Positions 62,208 to 64,000 of a stretch of 64,000 bases of DNA are shown here, piece after piece. Below the pieces are notes generated by a model that was not told the DNA's origin, searched no databases, and saw only the letters and a program-made list of their open reading frames with translations. Positions within the stretch are counted from its first letter, which is position 1. Every line of letters starts with the position of its first letter. Source of the DNA: Eledone cirrhosa (Eukaryota); the NCBI GenBank assembly GCA_964016885.1, contig OZ024742.1, positions 151,466,001-151,530,000 on the forward strand, read 5' to 3'. Position numbers and translations under genes: made by a program.

Positions 62208-64000
62208 ACAGCAGGTGTTCGACATAAACCCACAAGTCAGCAATTTTCGGACACTGGACGAGTGCGTGCAGGACGGTTTCGTCGCCCTGCGCGCATCTCG
62301 GACATGCCTGGCTGACGGCACCTCCATGCCTGTAGAGTTTATCCCGAAATGGCAAGGCTCCTCGGTAGCACTGCCAGGCCAGAGATTTCTGGAAGTTGTC
62401 CATAGGTCCCGGCCCGAAAGTTCTCCGAAGAGATTGGCTAGTTGATTTTCGTCGACGCCTAGAGTTTCGCCAAGTACGTCGTTGCTCTTCCCCTCCACTA
62501 ATACTCTATAGAACGCCGAGGTGGAGTTTCCACCGATCACATTGCCCGATTGGTCGAGGGCTGTGAGCGCCTGAAGACATTCCAGTCTCCAGGCGCTCCC
62601 TCTCGGTCTTCGCTTGACCCAGTACTGCAGCTCCGTCAAGGAAACGAGCTGGGGAAATACGTGTCTAGCAAACGGCGACCACACCTGATCACCGTCGAGG
62701 AAGAGGTGCAGATGTCGTAGCCTGAGCGCGTGTCTGCGCATCATCAGCCATGGCATTCCCAGCCCTCCGCGTAGCGGGTGTTGACAGCAGATGGACCGCC
62801 TGACCATCGGAGCGCGTCCCTTCCACAAAAAGCGAAAGAGCAAACGCTCCAGCGCAGTCAGGCGGGGCTTAGGACAAGGTACGACGGTCAGGCGGTAGCA
62901 GATGACAGACGCGATGTACGCGTTAGCCACCCCCGCTCGACCTTTCAGGGATAGCTTCCTCTCCGCCCATTTCTGGGTGAGAGAAGCCACCCTGCTCGTC
63001 ACCTCGTCCCAGTTTTTGTCCGTCTGGAGGTCTGGACCGAACCAGACCCCTTGCAATTTAACGTTCCGTCCGTCCAACGTCCGACGACGCTGTTGGACGG
63101 CATGGACCTGCCTCTCCAGGCGCCGAGCTGCAGGCCCACTGACCTTTCCTGGTTGATCATTGCTCCTGTCACCGCTTCGTATTCTCTTAGTGTAGTGCCG
63201 ATCGCCTCGATGTGTTTGGCGTTCGACACCACTACGGTGACATCGTCCGCATATGCTGACACGGATCTTCCGCATCCTAGTTCGTGCGGGACCCCCCTCC
63301 ACGTCTCCAGTTTGTGCAGTAATGGCTCGAGAGTCAATACGTACAAGAGGGACGAGAGGGGACATCCTTGGCGGACCGAGCGCATGATGTTGAACGGTTC
63401 CGAAAGGTGACCGTTCACTCTCACCACAGAGCAGATGTCGCTGTGCATGGCAGCGATCCAGCCTCTGAAGACGGGCCCAAAGCCAGCCGCCCTCAGGACT
63501 GCCGCTAGGTAACGATGGTCGACCCTATCGAAAGCTTTCGACTGATCTAAATTGATCAAGGACCCACCCGTGCCAGGTTCCCTAGCTACCCTCTCTACGA
63601 TGTATCGCATGAGGTGGAGGTTGTCGTGGATGGATCTGTTGGGAATGGCGCATGTCTGCGCCTCTCCCACCAGACCACCAACGACAAGCGCCAACCTCTT
63701 TGCTAGCACCTTGGCCAAAATCTTGAACTCTGTGTTTAGCAGAGTTATGGGCCGGAAATTATCTATGTTATCTCTCTTGTTCGGATCCTTTCTCAGCAGT
63801 GCCATCGCTCCTCGGCTCACAGAACTGGGAATTCTCCCGTTCTGTTGCCAGTTGCAGTAGACGTCCGCCAAGAGGCCTCCGAACAAGTCTGGTATCTGTA
63901 CGTAAAGTTCATAGGGCAGACCATCCAAACCAGGCGATTTACCCCTTGTCATTGCCTCCCTTACTTCAGCGGCTGTTATCGGCTTTTCGCAACACTCCGG
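62208..64000 (-). mobile_element. Tx1-type ORF2 segment (RT to zinc finger), 3' end missing, runs off the window
   Basis: PGLDG, FRPITLLN, RQGCPLS, AYADD, CPRC...HALVQC; frameshift at ~63060; homology stops at ~62208. Confidence 0.92.

Overview
Eukaryotic, gene-poor, repeat-saturated DNA. The SINE sequences and microsatellite load suggest a cephalopod such as Octopus (inference from recognition, not a search). No host protein-coding gene can be supported; most ORF-track entries are microsatellite translations. Contents: (1) two arrays of Tx1-type (L1 clade) non-LTR retrotransposons, a + strand array whose copies are bounded by (ATCT)n and include one near-intact full-length element (6455-12183), and a - strand array bounded by (ATT)n; (2) a degenerate Dong/R4-clade element with an (AAT)n tail; (3) two Penelope-like elements (PLE; RT + GIY-YIG) set in (TA)n; (4) RTE-type LINE remnants; (5) Helitron pieces, a Tc1/mariner-type MITE and tRNA-derived SINEs. 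Main hunt results: at least five type I hammerhead ribozyme folds, four sharing covarying stems, a C-C mismatch in stem II, a TA-rich self-complementary stem III and an AATAAA just downstream; a 29-bp TC...CTAG Helitron-like cassette with both empty and filled sites in the window; apparent partitioning of microsatellite targets among element families; and repeated fold-back duplications across (TA)n tracts, some of which may be assembly artefacts.
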